This document shows positions 38,901 through 51,874 of a stretch of DNA of 64,000 bases, piece after piece; within the stretch, counting starts at the first letter, position 1, and each line of letters starts with the position of its first letter. Where the stretch lies: NCBI GenBank assembly GCA_964016885.1, contig CAXHJY010001600.1, positions 100,189 through 164,188 of the forward strand. Direction: 5' to 3'. Both the position numbers and the translations under genes were made by a program. The notes beneath the pieces were generated by a model. It made no database searches and was not told the origin of the DNA. It saw only the letters and a list, made by a program, of their open reading frames with translations. This DNA is from Eledone cirrhosa. Lineage: Eukaryota.

Positions 38901-40398
38901 TATCACCAGACCAGACCTGACCAGGAGGTGTTTCATGTGGACTAGTTGACATGGGCCTGTGATTTTGAGGGAGCTATTCACCTCAAATTCTAGTTATTCT
39001 ATTCTGTTCTGATACTTACAAATATATCATGTATATTATATTGACATCTATATACCTGCAGCCGACACGCATGTATTTACCACCAATTACTAAAAAACCC
39101 GAGTAGTAGAAATTGGGTCTACATTTCACATCTGGCCTCAGTCCATTTTCAGCAGAGGCACCCGGCTACATTTCACATCTGGCTTGGGCCTATTGTGGGC
39201 TTTTCATGGGGCCACATATCACAAAGACTGAGGCTTAATTTAGAAACCCCCAAATATTTCATCAGCAAACACTTTTCTATTTGCAAATAAACCCTCATAC
39301 ATGATGATGATGATGATGATGATTTTATGTGGAACAGAGCAACCAGGATAAATGCAAATTCTGGAACACACTCAAAGAAACAACAAAAATCAAATTTTCA
39401 CTCACTAATACTTTACATTCACTGGTCACTGTCAAGCTCTATCTTCTACTACAACTACTTCTGTTTCTCCAAACTTGTTGACTAACCCATTCGCTCAATT
39501 CAGCCACATTGATTTCCTTAATTCTCACATGGTTTCATTTCCTTGATTACATGTTACATGCTTAAATCATTCTTTCTTCAACCAAATCACAATCTTTTGA
39601 AATTTTCTGAAGTTATGCATTCCTTCTAATCCCAAATCATCATCAATTCAAAACAAATATCAACATCACTGATATATTCTATTTCTCAATTTAGAAGGAA
39701 AGAAATGAATGAAAACTGCTGTAAATCACCTTAAGATAAACAACAAAATTATCATCAATCATAATTTTGAATGTTGCCACAAACACTGCATTGTAAATCA
39801 TTACAGAGCTTGTGATAGAATTATTCCATTTATTTACATCTATCTACATAGCTTTAAAATGAAAGTTTTACAATTGCCATCAAATATGTTGGCTAGTTCT
39901 AAATATATTTCTAAAATAATAAATTCAGTTGGAATTATAAATTGAAGATACATAGAAGTGGGTCATAGCTTTTCTACCTACGTGATCTAATTGTCAGTGG
40001 AGGAGGTTGCAGAAAGAGCATAGTAATGAGAATAAGTATAAGATGGAAAACAGTCAGGGAACTACTATATCTGTTGATAACAAAAGGTTTTTCTATATGA
40101 ATGAAAGGCTGACTGTATGATGCCAGTGTGCTATGTGCAATACTGCATCGTAGTGGGACATAGGGAGTGAATGATGGGCACATGCAAAGGCTGGAGAGAA
40201 AGGAATCAAATATGCTTTAATAGATGTGTAATGGTAATGTATGTGAATGACAAAGCAAATATGAACTGAGAGAAAAAAACTGGTATGAGGAAACAGATGA
40301 AGTGTGCAAGAGATCACTGCTTGTATAGACATTTGATGCACAAGGGTGAGGATCGTTGGGTGAAGAAATGGCAAGAAATGTATGTGTGTGTGTGTGTA

Positions 40399-40735
40399 CT
40401 CTCGGGTCTCAAATAATCGCCCACCTCCCCAATTATTAATTTTTCAGACACCCCCCTCTTCCACCCCTTATTAAACATTGCTAATCTATTTTATTAGTGG
40501 TAGTATTCCTGCAACAATTTTCTTTATTCATTATACATGACAAAAAAAAATCCATTACTAGAAATCCTATACATTATAAAAAAAGTAGGATAAGGGGTCT
40601 CAATATGTAAACTAAATGACTAAATGACTGAGACAACCTAGAAAAATTAACAATTCCCCTGCTGCTTATTCCAACACATATTCCAAATCTCCAGCTTATA
40701 TCCCCCCACCCCAATTATTATTTGGGACCCGAGAG
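40399..40735. mobile_element. Tc1/mariner/pogo-type MITE with TA TSD
   Basis: TA|ctctcgggtctcaaataat ... attatttgggacccgagag|TA (TIR match 18/19). Confidence 0.85.
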
Positions 40736-40899
40736 TATACACACACACGTGAATCTATGTGATGCTGACAGACAAGGATGAGTACCCAATTCCAAAGTTG
40801 AGTTTAATAATATTCTTTTATTATCACTAAATGATGTGTCTTTTTATTCTGGAGTTTCACCTGAGTATTCATAGTCTTGTCTCTGTGTACACAAGTGAA

Positions 40900-41445
40900 A
40901 GTGCAGAATGTTGACCTCCTGGAAGCTGTTCAGAGCGAATACCCTCCCTCAGGAATCTACCATACTTTGAACATCTTGCTTCCCTGGGCATGGATACATT
41001 GATGCCTCGACGTCTGGCAACTGATTTGGTAAACATCCAAAAAATGATTAACCATCTTGCCAACAACAACCCTGAGCACCTTTTTGAATTCCATGTGTCT
41101 AACACCCGTTAAAATGCCTACAAATTCAGAAAAGAGCACAGCTCCCATGACTTTTGGAAACATTTTTTTATGCTCAGAGTTGCTGAAGCATGGAATAAAC
41201 TACCTGCATCAGTTGTTAGCTGCTGGGACATTGCATCCTTTAAAACCTCTATGCTTCCTGAAATTTGCTAGCACTACACCTGATATTCCACCACCATACA
41301 CACGCACACATGTATATCATGACTCATACACTGTTCATTTTCCTGATATTTATTCATTATTCTATGTACAATACATGCACCTTTGATGAGTTGTAGTGTA
41401 CCTGAGCACTGTACACAAAGATTTCATTATTATTATTATTATTAT
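40900..41445 (+). mobile_element. CR1-clade LINE 3' end with (ATT)n tail
   Basis: LPYFEHLASLGMDTLMPRRLATDL...NTR*NAYKF...HFFMLRVAEAWNKLPASVV...SFK is the CR1 C-terminal signature. The tail attattatt is at 41426-41445. Confidence 0.85.
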
Positions 41446-41446
41446 A

Positions 41447-41636
41447 AAGGCGGTGGATTGGCAGTATCAGTAGAGGGTCGGATACCATGCTTTGATGCAA
41501 AGAGTTACGTCCCTTTACGATCTGAGTTCAAATCCTGCCGAGGTTAACTTTGCCTTTCATCCTTACGGGGTCGATAAAATAAAGTACCAGTAATGTACTG
41601 GGTAATTGCTGGCCTTGTGCCTAAAGTAGAAACAAT
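41447..41636 (+). mobile_element. tRNA-derived SINE inserted into the CR1 (ATT)n tail
   Basis: Full SINE body flanked by attattattata on both sides. Confidence 0.9.
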
Positions 41637-42879
41637 TATTATTATAGTAACAAGACTCATCACAGCCGTAATAAAGTATTATTAAACTTTACTTCGGTAT
41701 TAAATTTATTAGCCATAGAACAGAATATGTGGGTGTGGGTATATATATATGTGTATGTGAGTATGTATACATTCTCATTGAAAATAGCAAACCTTTTTAG
41801 ATTACCTTGAATTGCTAGGAAGCAATTCATGAAATTTAATATTAAAAAAAAAATCAAGAAACTCAAACAATATTTTGTTTATATAAAAAACGAAATTTAG
41901 TGAATGTTAGTTGTCTCAAGAATTATAAAGGATTATAATTGAAAAACCTAAAAGAAAGCTTACAAATCTCAACAGATATCCTTTATCTTTAAATTATATT
42001 TACATTTTTGGCATTAAGAATATTTTATTAAACTATATATTGTACAAAAACTTGTAAAAATTATCCAGATGAAATTTCTCTCCCTATAAGGCAAATTTGT
42101 CTTTAAAAAATATAAAGATTACATTTTAATTTATAAAAATATTTGCAGCAAAAATATTAAGCATATATCAATTGTTATGTATTATAATATTTATTTTACA
42201 AGTTGAATGCATATAATATGAAATGCAAGATGACACTAGGCAAAGCACCAAGTTGAACTGCTATGATAATCTATGGAAAGATGAGTAGTATTTTAAATAT
42301 GTAATGATTATTATCAGATCCATAAAATATCTTGACTTGTTCTTAATTATTGCTTTAGCAAAATATTCCAGTTAATCTTAGTATGTATTCTATGACAAAT
42401 GAAAGCATATTATTTAACTTCAAGTTAATATAAGATGGGAATTTTTCCATCAGAGTGAGATTTCAAATTTAAGAGGCTGGCTTAGAACCATCTACTGATC
42501 AGTTATAACTTTTTTCAAAGAATTTGAAACAAATCATGTTGGTTCATTAACAGCACCAGCCATTTTATACATTGAATTTGTGTCATAGTGAAATGGTAAA
42601 AGGTAGCCAAGAAAGCCACTGCATCAAATTGACATAGAAGATTAAAATTTTCTTGCAAAAAAATATGAACTAGAATACATAGATATTTTCGTTTCTTTCT
42701 TTCTTTCATTACCTTTATTTAAACATTTGATTTTGGTCTGGAGTTAGAAACAAGTAAGTACTGGTCTCTGACACATTACAAGAAAAATTTGATAAATATT
42801 AAAAAGAATATATGAATGTTTTAATCAACATTTTTGTTTCTACCCAACTTCCAATCCAGTATATTTCATTATCTGATAA

Positions 42880-44594
42880 CACTGGGTAACAAAAAAAATT
42901 TTTTCTCTGTTCCTGGCTTGTAATCACTATTTTTGTGTTGCTTAGATCCCAAATAAATAAAAAAAGTGCTATTAAAAAGTTTGGGTTTGTTAAAATTCTA
43001 AGCTATTCACTAGAATTGTATGCTGGATTTTAGATGTATGTAAGTTTAATTTGCTTATGTTAAATGATTTTTTTTATGTTTCAGGTTAAATTAAAATTAT
43101 AAAATAAGGAGTAATACCTAAAGAAAATTATAAAAGTGCAATAAAGTATAAAATTGTTAAAAAGTGGATTAAAGAGATTTATTGATACTAGATTTTCGCA
43201 CACTGAATAAAGGGTAAGTTGTGTTTTAAGCATTCGTCTCCAGGATGAAGCAGTGGAACTTGGTCAAGGAGGAAGTGCAGGTGACAAGTCAGAGAAGTCG
43301 ACACAAACCTTTCTCAGGCTTTTACACTCTTAGGGATGGCTTCTGCTTCTGCCATGACGTGCCTGGACTGTTTGACGTTATTGGTGTGCCGTTTGTGCCC
43401 AAGGAGTGGCGGCTATTTATAGACAGCTCCACCACAAGTTTGAAGGCTGTCCTCCTCCACAATGGAAACAAGTTCCCGACACTGCCCCTAGCTCATTCAG
43501 TCTGCCTGAAGGAAGATTACTACAGTGTGAAAGTCCTCTTGGAAGCTCTGCAATACAACCAGTACAATTGGGAAATCATTGGAGACTTCAAGATGGTGGC
43601 TTTCCTGCTTGAACTCCAAGGAGGCTTTATCAAATTCCAATGCTTCCTCTGCCTTTGGGACAGCAGAGCCACCTCTGACCACTACAAAAGAAAGAACTGG
43701 GAGCAGCGAACAGAATTTGTATTTGGGACCCGGAACATCATATGGGAGCCACTGGTTGATCCCAGGATTGTGCTCATGCTGCCACTGCACATTAAGTTGG
43801 GGTTGATGAAGCAGTTGGTGAAGGCTCTCAACCAAGAATCAGCCGCTTTTAAGTACCTTCTTGAGTTCTTCCCCAAGTTATCTGAGGCCAAAATCAAAGG
43901 TGGAATTTTTGTTGGACCTCAGATAAAGAAGGTGTTTGAGTCTACCGAGTTCTCCAATAAGCTCAATAGGATTGAGAGAACAGCATGGAACTGTTTCAAG
44001 GCAGTTGTTAAGGGCTTCCTGGGCAACTACAGAGCTGAAAACTACCAGCAACTGGTGCAGGATCTGATAAAGGCTTTTGGCGCCATGGGATGCAGGATGT
44101 CGCTTAAACTCCATATGCTGGACGCTCACCTGGAAAAATTCAAGGACAATATGGGCGCCTACTCAGAAGAACAAGGCGAACAATTCCACCAAGATGTGAA
44201 AGAGATAGAGTGGAGGTACCAGGGCCACTACAATGAAAAAATTATGGGGGACTATATCTGGGGGCTAGTGCGGGAATGCGACCTGGACTACAACCGCAAA
44301 TCCAGTCATTTCTGACGTGTATAAGTTGCTTTATAAGTGTTATTTGTTTTTACTTGTTTGCTTTTGATAAGCTTGTGTAATAAAATAAATATATACTCTG
44401 TTGATTTAATTATATGAACTGATAAATTTTTTAAAACTGTTTTTTCTTGAAAAATATGAAAATTTTGAAATATCAAACTCCTGGCCACAAACCCAAACTT
44501 CTCATTAAATAATAGTGTTTTTTTATAATAATGGGATATAACAAACCAGGAACAGATACTTAGAACTGGGGAACAAAAGATATGTTACACGGTG
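42880..44594 (+). mobile_element. Second, distinct Chapaev3-type transposon (internally deleted)
   Basis: TAA|cactgggtaaca ... tgttacacggtg|TAA, with mirrored subterminal motifs ctgttcctgg and aagtttgggtttgt. Confidence 0.85.
43245..44315 (+). CDS. Chapaev3 transposase catalytic half; open 356-aa frame lacking the N-terminal zinc fingers
   Basis: WRLFIDSSTTSLKAVLLHNGN, IGDFKMV, CFLCLWDSR, PLHIKLGLMKQLVKAL, MSLKLHMLDAH...GAYSEEQGEQFHQD. Confidence 0.8.
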   Translation: MKQWNLVKEEVQVTSQRSRHKPFSGFYTLRDGFCFCHDVPGLFDVIGVPFVPKEWRLFIDSSTTSLKAVLLHNGNKFPTLPLAHSVCLKEDYYSVKVLLEALQYNQYNWEIIGDFKMVAFLLELQGGFIKFQCFLCLWDSRATSDHYKRKNWEQRTEFVFGTRNIIWEPLVDPRIVLMLPLHIKLGLMKQLVKALNQESAAFKYLLEFFPKLSEAKIKGGIFVGPQIKKVFESTEFSNKLNRIERTAWNCFKAVVKGFLGNYRAENYQQLVQDLIKAFGAMGCRMSLKLHMLDAHLEKFKDNMGAYSEEQGEQFHQDVKEIEWRYQGHYNEKIMGDYIWGLVRECDLDYNRKSSHF

Positions 44595-45809
44595 TAATTT
44601 AAGCAAACATTGCCTCTTTTGTAGATCAGTATTTGATGTCAACAAGTAATGCAACCACTGGACATACTAACAATAAGGCTTTAAACGTCTGTCTCTCACA
44701 ACAAATGTTCTGACAATTGGTTGACATAACCATGCATCAATAATTGGATGTGACTAAATTAACATTTGCAGTGATTTTTTAATGGGTTAATATAACATTA
44801 AATATTTCAAATGAGATGCAATAAAAAGATAACATAATTAGTTTTTACACTTCAAGTTTGCATTCAATGAAAATATAACTGTTGTTCATCTATTTAACTA
44901 CTCTAAATCTATTCCAACATCATGTCAATGGAGAGAAAGCAGATATCTTACAATATGAAATTCAAGCTGAAAACAATTGAATATGCCAAACAGAATTCAA
45001 ACTGAACAACTGAATAAGGGTTTCGTATTACAGAAACAAATGATGAGAGACTAGGATAAATAGAAGAACTGCATTGCTCCATTTGACAAAATGGAAATCA
45101 AGCTGAAGGAATGAATTACAAAAATCTTTCTAATGGCTATATACTTACACATGTAACTATTCACTTTCACGCTCAGCATATATCTAAGAAAATGGGTTAT
45201 AGTAAATTTAATGCAATGAATAGTTAATACACCAACATAGTTTGTACCTAGATAATAAACATACAGTACACACAAACTCCAACCTGATGTGGCAGAGAAA
45301 ATTTTTGAACAGCATTAGTGAATAGATATTTTCTCACACACAATTTTTCAACTGTAAACATTTTCTGCACATGAAACAGCCAGAGCATTTTTTGCCAGAC
45401 CATATTTTATATCAAAAGCATACAGTAATTAGCTGATCCATTGATTTTATTGTCCACACATGCAATTTGAATTTCCAGTCATGTCTTTTAAAGATGGTGA
45501 AAGCATAATGTATGTATGGTCTCATAACTACTGATGAGGGTGCTGTAGTGAAATAGCATTTCCTGGACAGTTTTAGCCGAGGTGAGCCCATCTCCTCTCT
45601 TGGCTTGAAAGTGTTATACCAGAGATTAAATTAGTGAGAAATGATACCTGTCTAATTTGTGAGTAGTTTATAACCAGAAATATATGGCATAATATAACCT
45701 GTGAATCTTGAAACACTGTAAACACTAAAGAATGTGAAATATATCTCTGCCAATTATATATTAACTTTATTTGTCCATTCTTTTCTTTGTGCACTCAGCG
45801 TTAAAACTA

Positions 45810-46010
45810 TTACAACTCATTAGGTAATGATCTTAATTGTCCAAGCTGGTTGTCTTTCTTTATCCACTTCATTTGGTAAATCATCCACTCTTTTAGCATT
45901 GTCAGTGCACGTTCACTGTGGGCTGACAAGGGTAGTATGAGAAAAACAGACCTAACAGCAGTAACTACAATAGAAATTTTTAGAGGGGTTTGGTGCTGCT
46001 GTGACACTGT
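45810..46010 (-). mobile_element. Possible hAT transposase C-terminal (dimerisation) relic
   Basis: SVFLILPLSAHSERALTML loosely resembles hAT LxxPxSxAxxERxFS; a single motif only. Confidence 0.3.
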
Positions 46011-47711
46011 TCTTTCTCCATCCTTTTTTCCTTCCTTATGGACAGTCCTGCATGCATTCTAGAAGATGGACAGACTGCTGAATGGTGTATCACTAGACTC
46101 CACCTTGCAATCAAAAGCTAGAGTATACCATTAGCAATGTCAATGTAACAGACCTAGTCAGTAGTCCAGCTAATAACCTCAAGCAATGTATCCTAGAATT
46201 TGTGGATAAAATATTTGTATTTTATTATATCTTAAAGAGACGGACTCGGTATATTATAATAGAACAGGATAAATCAAAAAGTTGCTTAAAAACCATTGAT
46301 GATTAAATAAATATGGTAAAAAAGGTTAAAAGCAAAATTAAGTAATGAGAAAGGGGGAAGGGGTAAAGATGGGAAAATCTGACTGCATGGGAAAGTAGAG
46401 GAAAGGACTATAAATTCCATGAGAGGAAAAGGAGGGGAAAAGCAAGGACTCTAGAGTCACAGAAGAAAAAGAGGAAGGGGAGAGGGTGATGGACTCTGGG
46501 CCTAGGATGTGGCAGTGTATGGGCTGCACCCTGTGGACAAAACTGCAAAGGCATTTCCATGGACAATAGCCAGCGACATCTGCTGCAACAGCCACCCCAC
46601 CCACTTTGCAAGTGTCCTTCCTCAGATGGGTTGCTGATGTGCTGATCTTGTGAAGGAGCTTGGCAGTACGGGGTCCAAGGATTCCTGAGGTCTCGACGGC
46701 AACTAGTGCAAAGAGGAAAAAATTGTCCTTTTACTCCTCCAAAACACATTTCTAGTTTATGATTCTAGGGTATCACAACCAAATATATCCATATTCAATG
46801 ACTTTATTCAGAATAACCCTTTATATGGAGATTAAGTTATATTTAAGTCTTGAATATAATGCAAATGAAATTATTGATAAGCTGTCATTTTGAACACAAT
46901 GAATATGATGTAAAAGAAACTGAGTGTAGTCCAATGGGTCTAAGCTTTATGCATCTATGAGAACATAGAGAGAATGACTGTTAATGTCAGTATCTGCCAC
47001 TTCTTTGGAAGATACATTTGGATATGCAAGCACAAGGGTTTAGTGCTGAAATGTAGTAGCTAAAGTTGATTGAGAGAATTGCAAAGCTGGCACTCATTTA
47101 GAATCTCTTTTCTTTTCATAATACAATTTATAGAAGATATTTATGAAGGTTATAGACATAGAATATACACTTAAAAGTTGTATTATTTATTTGAGTAAAG
47201 TAATTTTATGTCAATTTTGAGGTCCTACTCTGATATATAATGGAGCCATTGCTAGTGAATGCATTAGTTAAATCAGATCAAACACTTTATTGTTATCATT
47301 TCCCCATTGTCATTGACTTAATTATCAGTTTTTCGATGTTGATAAAAATCACACATCCATAATATAACAACTTTCCTGAAATCTTGATTCCACATCACTC
47401 CTTTCTTTAGGCCATGACCTTGCATCTCAGGAGCCTAAACTCTAGAGTCAAATCTAACTATCCTATCATCTTTGCATCAAATATTACTTTTTCACTTGAC
47501 CTACACTTAAGTTTTGGAGCATTCAGTTACAGATCTAGGTTAAAAAACTTTACATTCATAGCTCATATTTCATTTCAATTTTTAAAAAATATATGTCAAT
47601 TTCATATACTATTTCTCTAGAGAAAAAAACACACTCTTAGTTATTAACAACAGCCACAGTTCTCTTACAGTAATGTATATATAATAACAATGTACTGTTA
47701 TTATATACCTA

Positions 47712-47918
47712 TGGTGAATTGGCAGTAAGGGCGGTGAATTGGCAGTATCGGTAGAGGGTCGGACGCCATGCTTTGATGCATAGAGTTACCACCCTTGCCA
47801 TTCTGAGTTCAAATCCCACCGAGGTTAACTTTGCCTTTCATCCTAAAGGGCGTCGATAAAATAAAGTACCAGTAATACACTGGGATAATTGCTGGCCTTG
47901 TGCCTATTGTAGAAACAA
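47712..47918 (+). mobile_element. tRNA-derived SINE
   Basis: TSD ttatatacctatggtgaa (47701-47718 / 47919-47936); duplicated 5' start. Confidence 0.92.
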
Positions 47919-48189
47919 TTATATACCTATGGTGAAACCGGGAACATAACTTATACATCTTGTAAACGCAGATGAATACATGGTATTCAGTTTCTGGTTA
48001 TTGTTTACAATGTTAGCAGGACAAAGGACACACATTGAAGAGGATTAGTCTAGATATTGACTGCAATAACTATCTATACAATACTGAATCCATGATGATT
48101 CTTCCTACATAATCAATCTGGTCATATTTCAAATCAGATAAAATGTGGCACCTGTTTCATTTTAGTAAATTAGTAAGGAACTAGAGCAG

Positions 48190-48720
48190 CTTACCATAGG
48201 ATGTTAAGGGGTCATACTAGCCCAGGTTGACAAGTTGAATTACCTGAGCTCCATTATTGACCAAACAGCAGACTGCAACCAGGAAATCAGAGGAAGATCA
48301 ACCCTGAGATCATTCAATATGGTATAGAGAGATCACAGCATCAGTAAGATTACAAAGCTGAATCTTCTGAAAACCCTGTTGTGGCAAGTAGCTATATATG
48401 GGTGTGAAGCATAGATTCAAAGTGTGGCTGACACCATGCAATTGAGGGTGCTCAAGATGATGTGCTACAGATGAGCACTATGGATCAGTTGGGTGGCTCA
48501 TAGAACAAACAATTTGGTCTCGGAGGAAGTGGAAATGAAGTTCGTCATATTGGTCAGAAGGTGAAAATTGCAATATCTTAGCCATGTTATTAGGCCCCAG
48601 AAACTCTGCGCCCATCCTTGGGGATTGGGTGGAGGGAAAATGGACAGACAGATGACAGAAATGAAAATGGAATGACAACAGAGTATGTCTCATTAGAAAT
48701 ATGGTCCTAACATACTGGTA
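48190..48720 (+). mobile_element. RTE-like LINE relic (C-terminal region)
   Basis: QVDKLNYLSSII...CNQEIRGR...ISKITKLNLLKTLLWQVAIYGCEA*...CYR*ALWISWVAHRTN...KLQYLSHVIR. Confidence 0.8.
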
Positions 48721-51071
48721 CAAATTCAAATATATTACATATTCTTTCTATATTCTATTCTGTACTTTATTATGGATGTAGTTTTGCTTTCAATACTTTC
48801 TTAATTAAATCCATTTATTTAAAACTTCTTTAATTTCCTTTCTCTACTACATAATGATTGCAACATATCTGTTATTGCTACTAAGCAAATCACCAGCATT
48901 ACTCTTTTTTGTATTATCTGGTTAGCCGAATATGTGACCAGAGCTAACTTGCTCACTGAAGACCTTGCAGTCTTCACTGATTTAATTTCCTGAATTGTCT
49001 TCAATGTCGAACTGACATACAGGTGTTAATTTCAATAGATGCACGAGCACATTTTAAAATTCTTTAGGCACAGTATAGTAATGTTACAATGCCTCTATAT
49101 GTTAATTATCTACAACAGTAAATGTAATTGTGAAAGTTTTTATCTTCACTATCTTTTCACACTATCTTGGTTATGATAAGTTAACAAAATTTAAATTTGC
49201 ATACTTTTAAAGTAATTGGTTTTACAACACAGTAGTGAACCTTTCTTAGGAGAAACACAATACAATGGCTACTGAAAATGATATGGTTAATAGACTAAGA
49301 TCTTCACTTCCCATCCAGAATACTTTTATTATAAGAAAAATATTTTTCTCTCATCATTATCATTTTAGCATTATGTTTGACTGCAATAACTATCTATACA
49401 ATACTGAATCCATGATTCTTCCTACATAATCAATACATTGAAATTGTATTATTCATATTTTCAATTCTCTAAAAAGGTGTGTTGATTATAATGACAGTCT
49501 AAATTGTATCTATTTTTGTATATAAGCCAAAAAAATATGACAAAAAAAAAACAACCAACACTGCTCAAAAATAAGATAACAGGCATTTCCAGATAAAGTA
49601 AGTGGATATTGGTGAATAGTATTGGTATGGCTTAGAAGACCACTATCATAGAATTGATCAAATATTTGGGGCTAGAAAAATAATCAGCAGCATTTACATA
49701 TTCGGAGTACAAGTTGCCGTTGGGACATGTTGTATGTATCTTATTTATCTTAGTTCTGAAGTGTACTACACAAATACTCAATCAGGTGTTAAATGAAATT
49801 TGGAGCTTTACTGTTTAGGTGCTCTATGTGTGGGTGCTATGAGTTCAGTATTGTGTGATGTTTTAAGTATGAATACATGTACAGACTTAAATGGAATATA
49901 TTATTTTATAATTGATATAACTCAACAGATGTCTGTGGGTTCATGCAAATATGTATGATGAGCCATCTTATTTTTTTAAATTATCTGCATATTGCTTTAT
50001 AAATTGTAGACATTGAAAAAGTATTTAAATGTATGGTGTTTGAGCTTGACCAAAATTCCATTAATTCAAACTGGAAATCATTAACAAAATACAAATATAT
50101 ACATTATACATTTATATAATTCTGATGAGTTAATTAATTATTTCAATATTGCTGAATAAAATATTGAAAATTTTCAAAGGTCAATTACAAATTTTGCAAA
50201 TTTTACTAACTACAAATCTAAATCAATAAAACTAAAACAGAATATCAGAAAGAATGAATGTCTGACAGTTTCTTAAAGATAAGTACTTTATAGTAAAAAG
50301 AAAATATACAATGATTCATACACGCCATTCTGAAAACATGCCTAGTAAAATATAGTTCAAAGCAAAGAATAAAATAGCAGCAACAAAAGCAGTAGCTTCA
50401 AAGGCGCCAAACATAATGCTGTCTGAGAAGTACATCAAAGATAAGATAATTTAATAAAGACCAGAAATGGACAGTCACTGCAGAATCGTTTATCAAATAG
50501 CTTTCTTTCCAGTTCAACAATATAGAAAGAAGACAATGAATTCCACCCATGCTAACATGTAGCAGCAATAAGCAGTTATCATCAGTCTGATATAAAGAGA
50601 ATCAAGTATTAATAGTTAAGGTAGTTCTATAAAAGGATAAATCGGTTCTAAAAACGGGTCAAGATATGTTAATAGCCTTCAATACTTTATAGGATAAGCT
50701 ATTCATATAAAATTTAAATGTTGGCTATTGTGGCAAGTTTAAATAAATGTTTAAAAAATATATTTGAAAATATATAATGTCTCTGGAGAACATCTGATAT
50801 TTTATATTCGTTCACAATAATAAATCCATTCTATATTTTATTTAAATAACAAAAAACAAGCCAACCCTCATGACCCACTTCCCAAAAAAGACAGTAATAT
50901 TGTTGCAAAATATTTTAAAATGCACTATCAAACGCAAAAATTATGAGATAGTCTAAGAAAACAAATTTATATAACTTGACATGGGTTTTAAATACAGAGA
51001 ATTTCCGAAGAATAGAAATAAATGAAACAAGCATGTTCCCATGAGTGAGAAAAATTAGTGAACATAAATAA

Positions 51072-51253
51072 CTGTTTCTACTTTTTGGCACAAGGCCAGC
51101 CATTACCCAGTACATTACCGGTACTTTATTTTATCGACCCCGTAAGGATGAAAGGCAAAAGTTAACCTCGGCGGGATTTGAACTCAGAATGGAAAGGGCG
51201 GTAACTCTATGCGTCAAAGCATGGCGTCCGACCCTCTACCAATACTGCCAATT
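51072..51253 (-). mobile_element. tRNA-derived SINE
   Basis: Near-consensus body, same family as 28398-28580. Confidence 0.9.
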
Positions 51254-51874
51254 CAAATAATGGAGCACAAATGAACTGAGAGATATGTTGGATAAAAGGA
51301 ATAAGACTGCAGAAGTTTGGTCACATGATGTGCATAAAGGAGGATAATTGTGCAAAAAGGTGCAGGCACACAAATTGTATAGAACCTGTATAAAAGGGAG
51401 ACCTAGGAAAATATGGGACAACATAATAGAAACAACCCACTAAACTATAGAAGAGTGATGAAGTATAAGTTTAAATGATGATCATAATAAAAACTTGGAG
51501 GTATATCATAATGATGATGATGATCATCATCATCATTTAGTATCTATTCTCCCTGCTAGCAAGGAGTGTGACAGGTCTTTACAAATACCCCATGAGATCA
51601 TTTACTTGGAGCCACTGCCCTCCTTGCCAGGCTTCGTTCCTTGCATCTTATATACATAAACATATATATAACACATAACCACACTGTAGATATGATTGGC
51701 ATCCAGCTGTAAAGTAACCGGCCAGATTTATAGTCCTCGCCGGAGCAAGGTATGACATGGCCAACCATGGCCAGACTTGCCTCCCAGCATGGACAACCCA
51801 TCTAACCCTTGCAAGCAAGGAAGAATTGATGCTAAATGGAAATGATGATGGTGTACAGAGGGCAGTTACTCCAA

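Noticed and set aside
45531-45560. CTGATGA...GAAA hammerhead-like spacing
   Set aside because: No convincing stems I-III; similar isolated CTGATGA hits near 11860 (minus) and 54591 also lack stems.
46338-46749. GC-richer segment with two short minus-strand ORFs
   Set aside because: No recognisable motif or splice signals; probably a repeat fragment I cannot classify.
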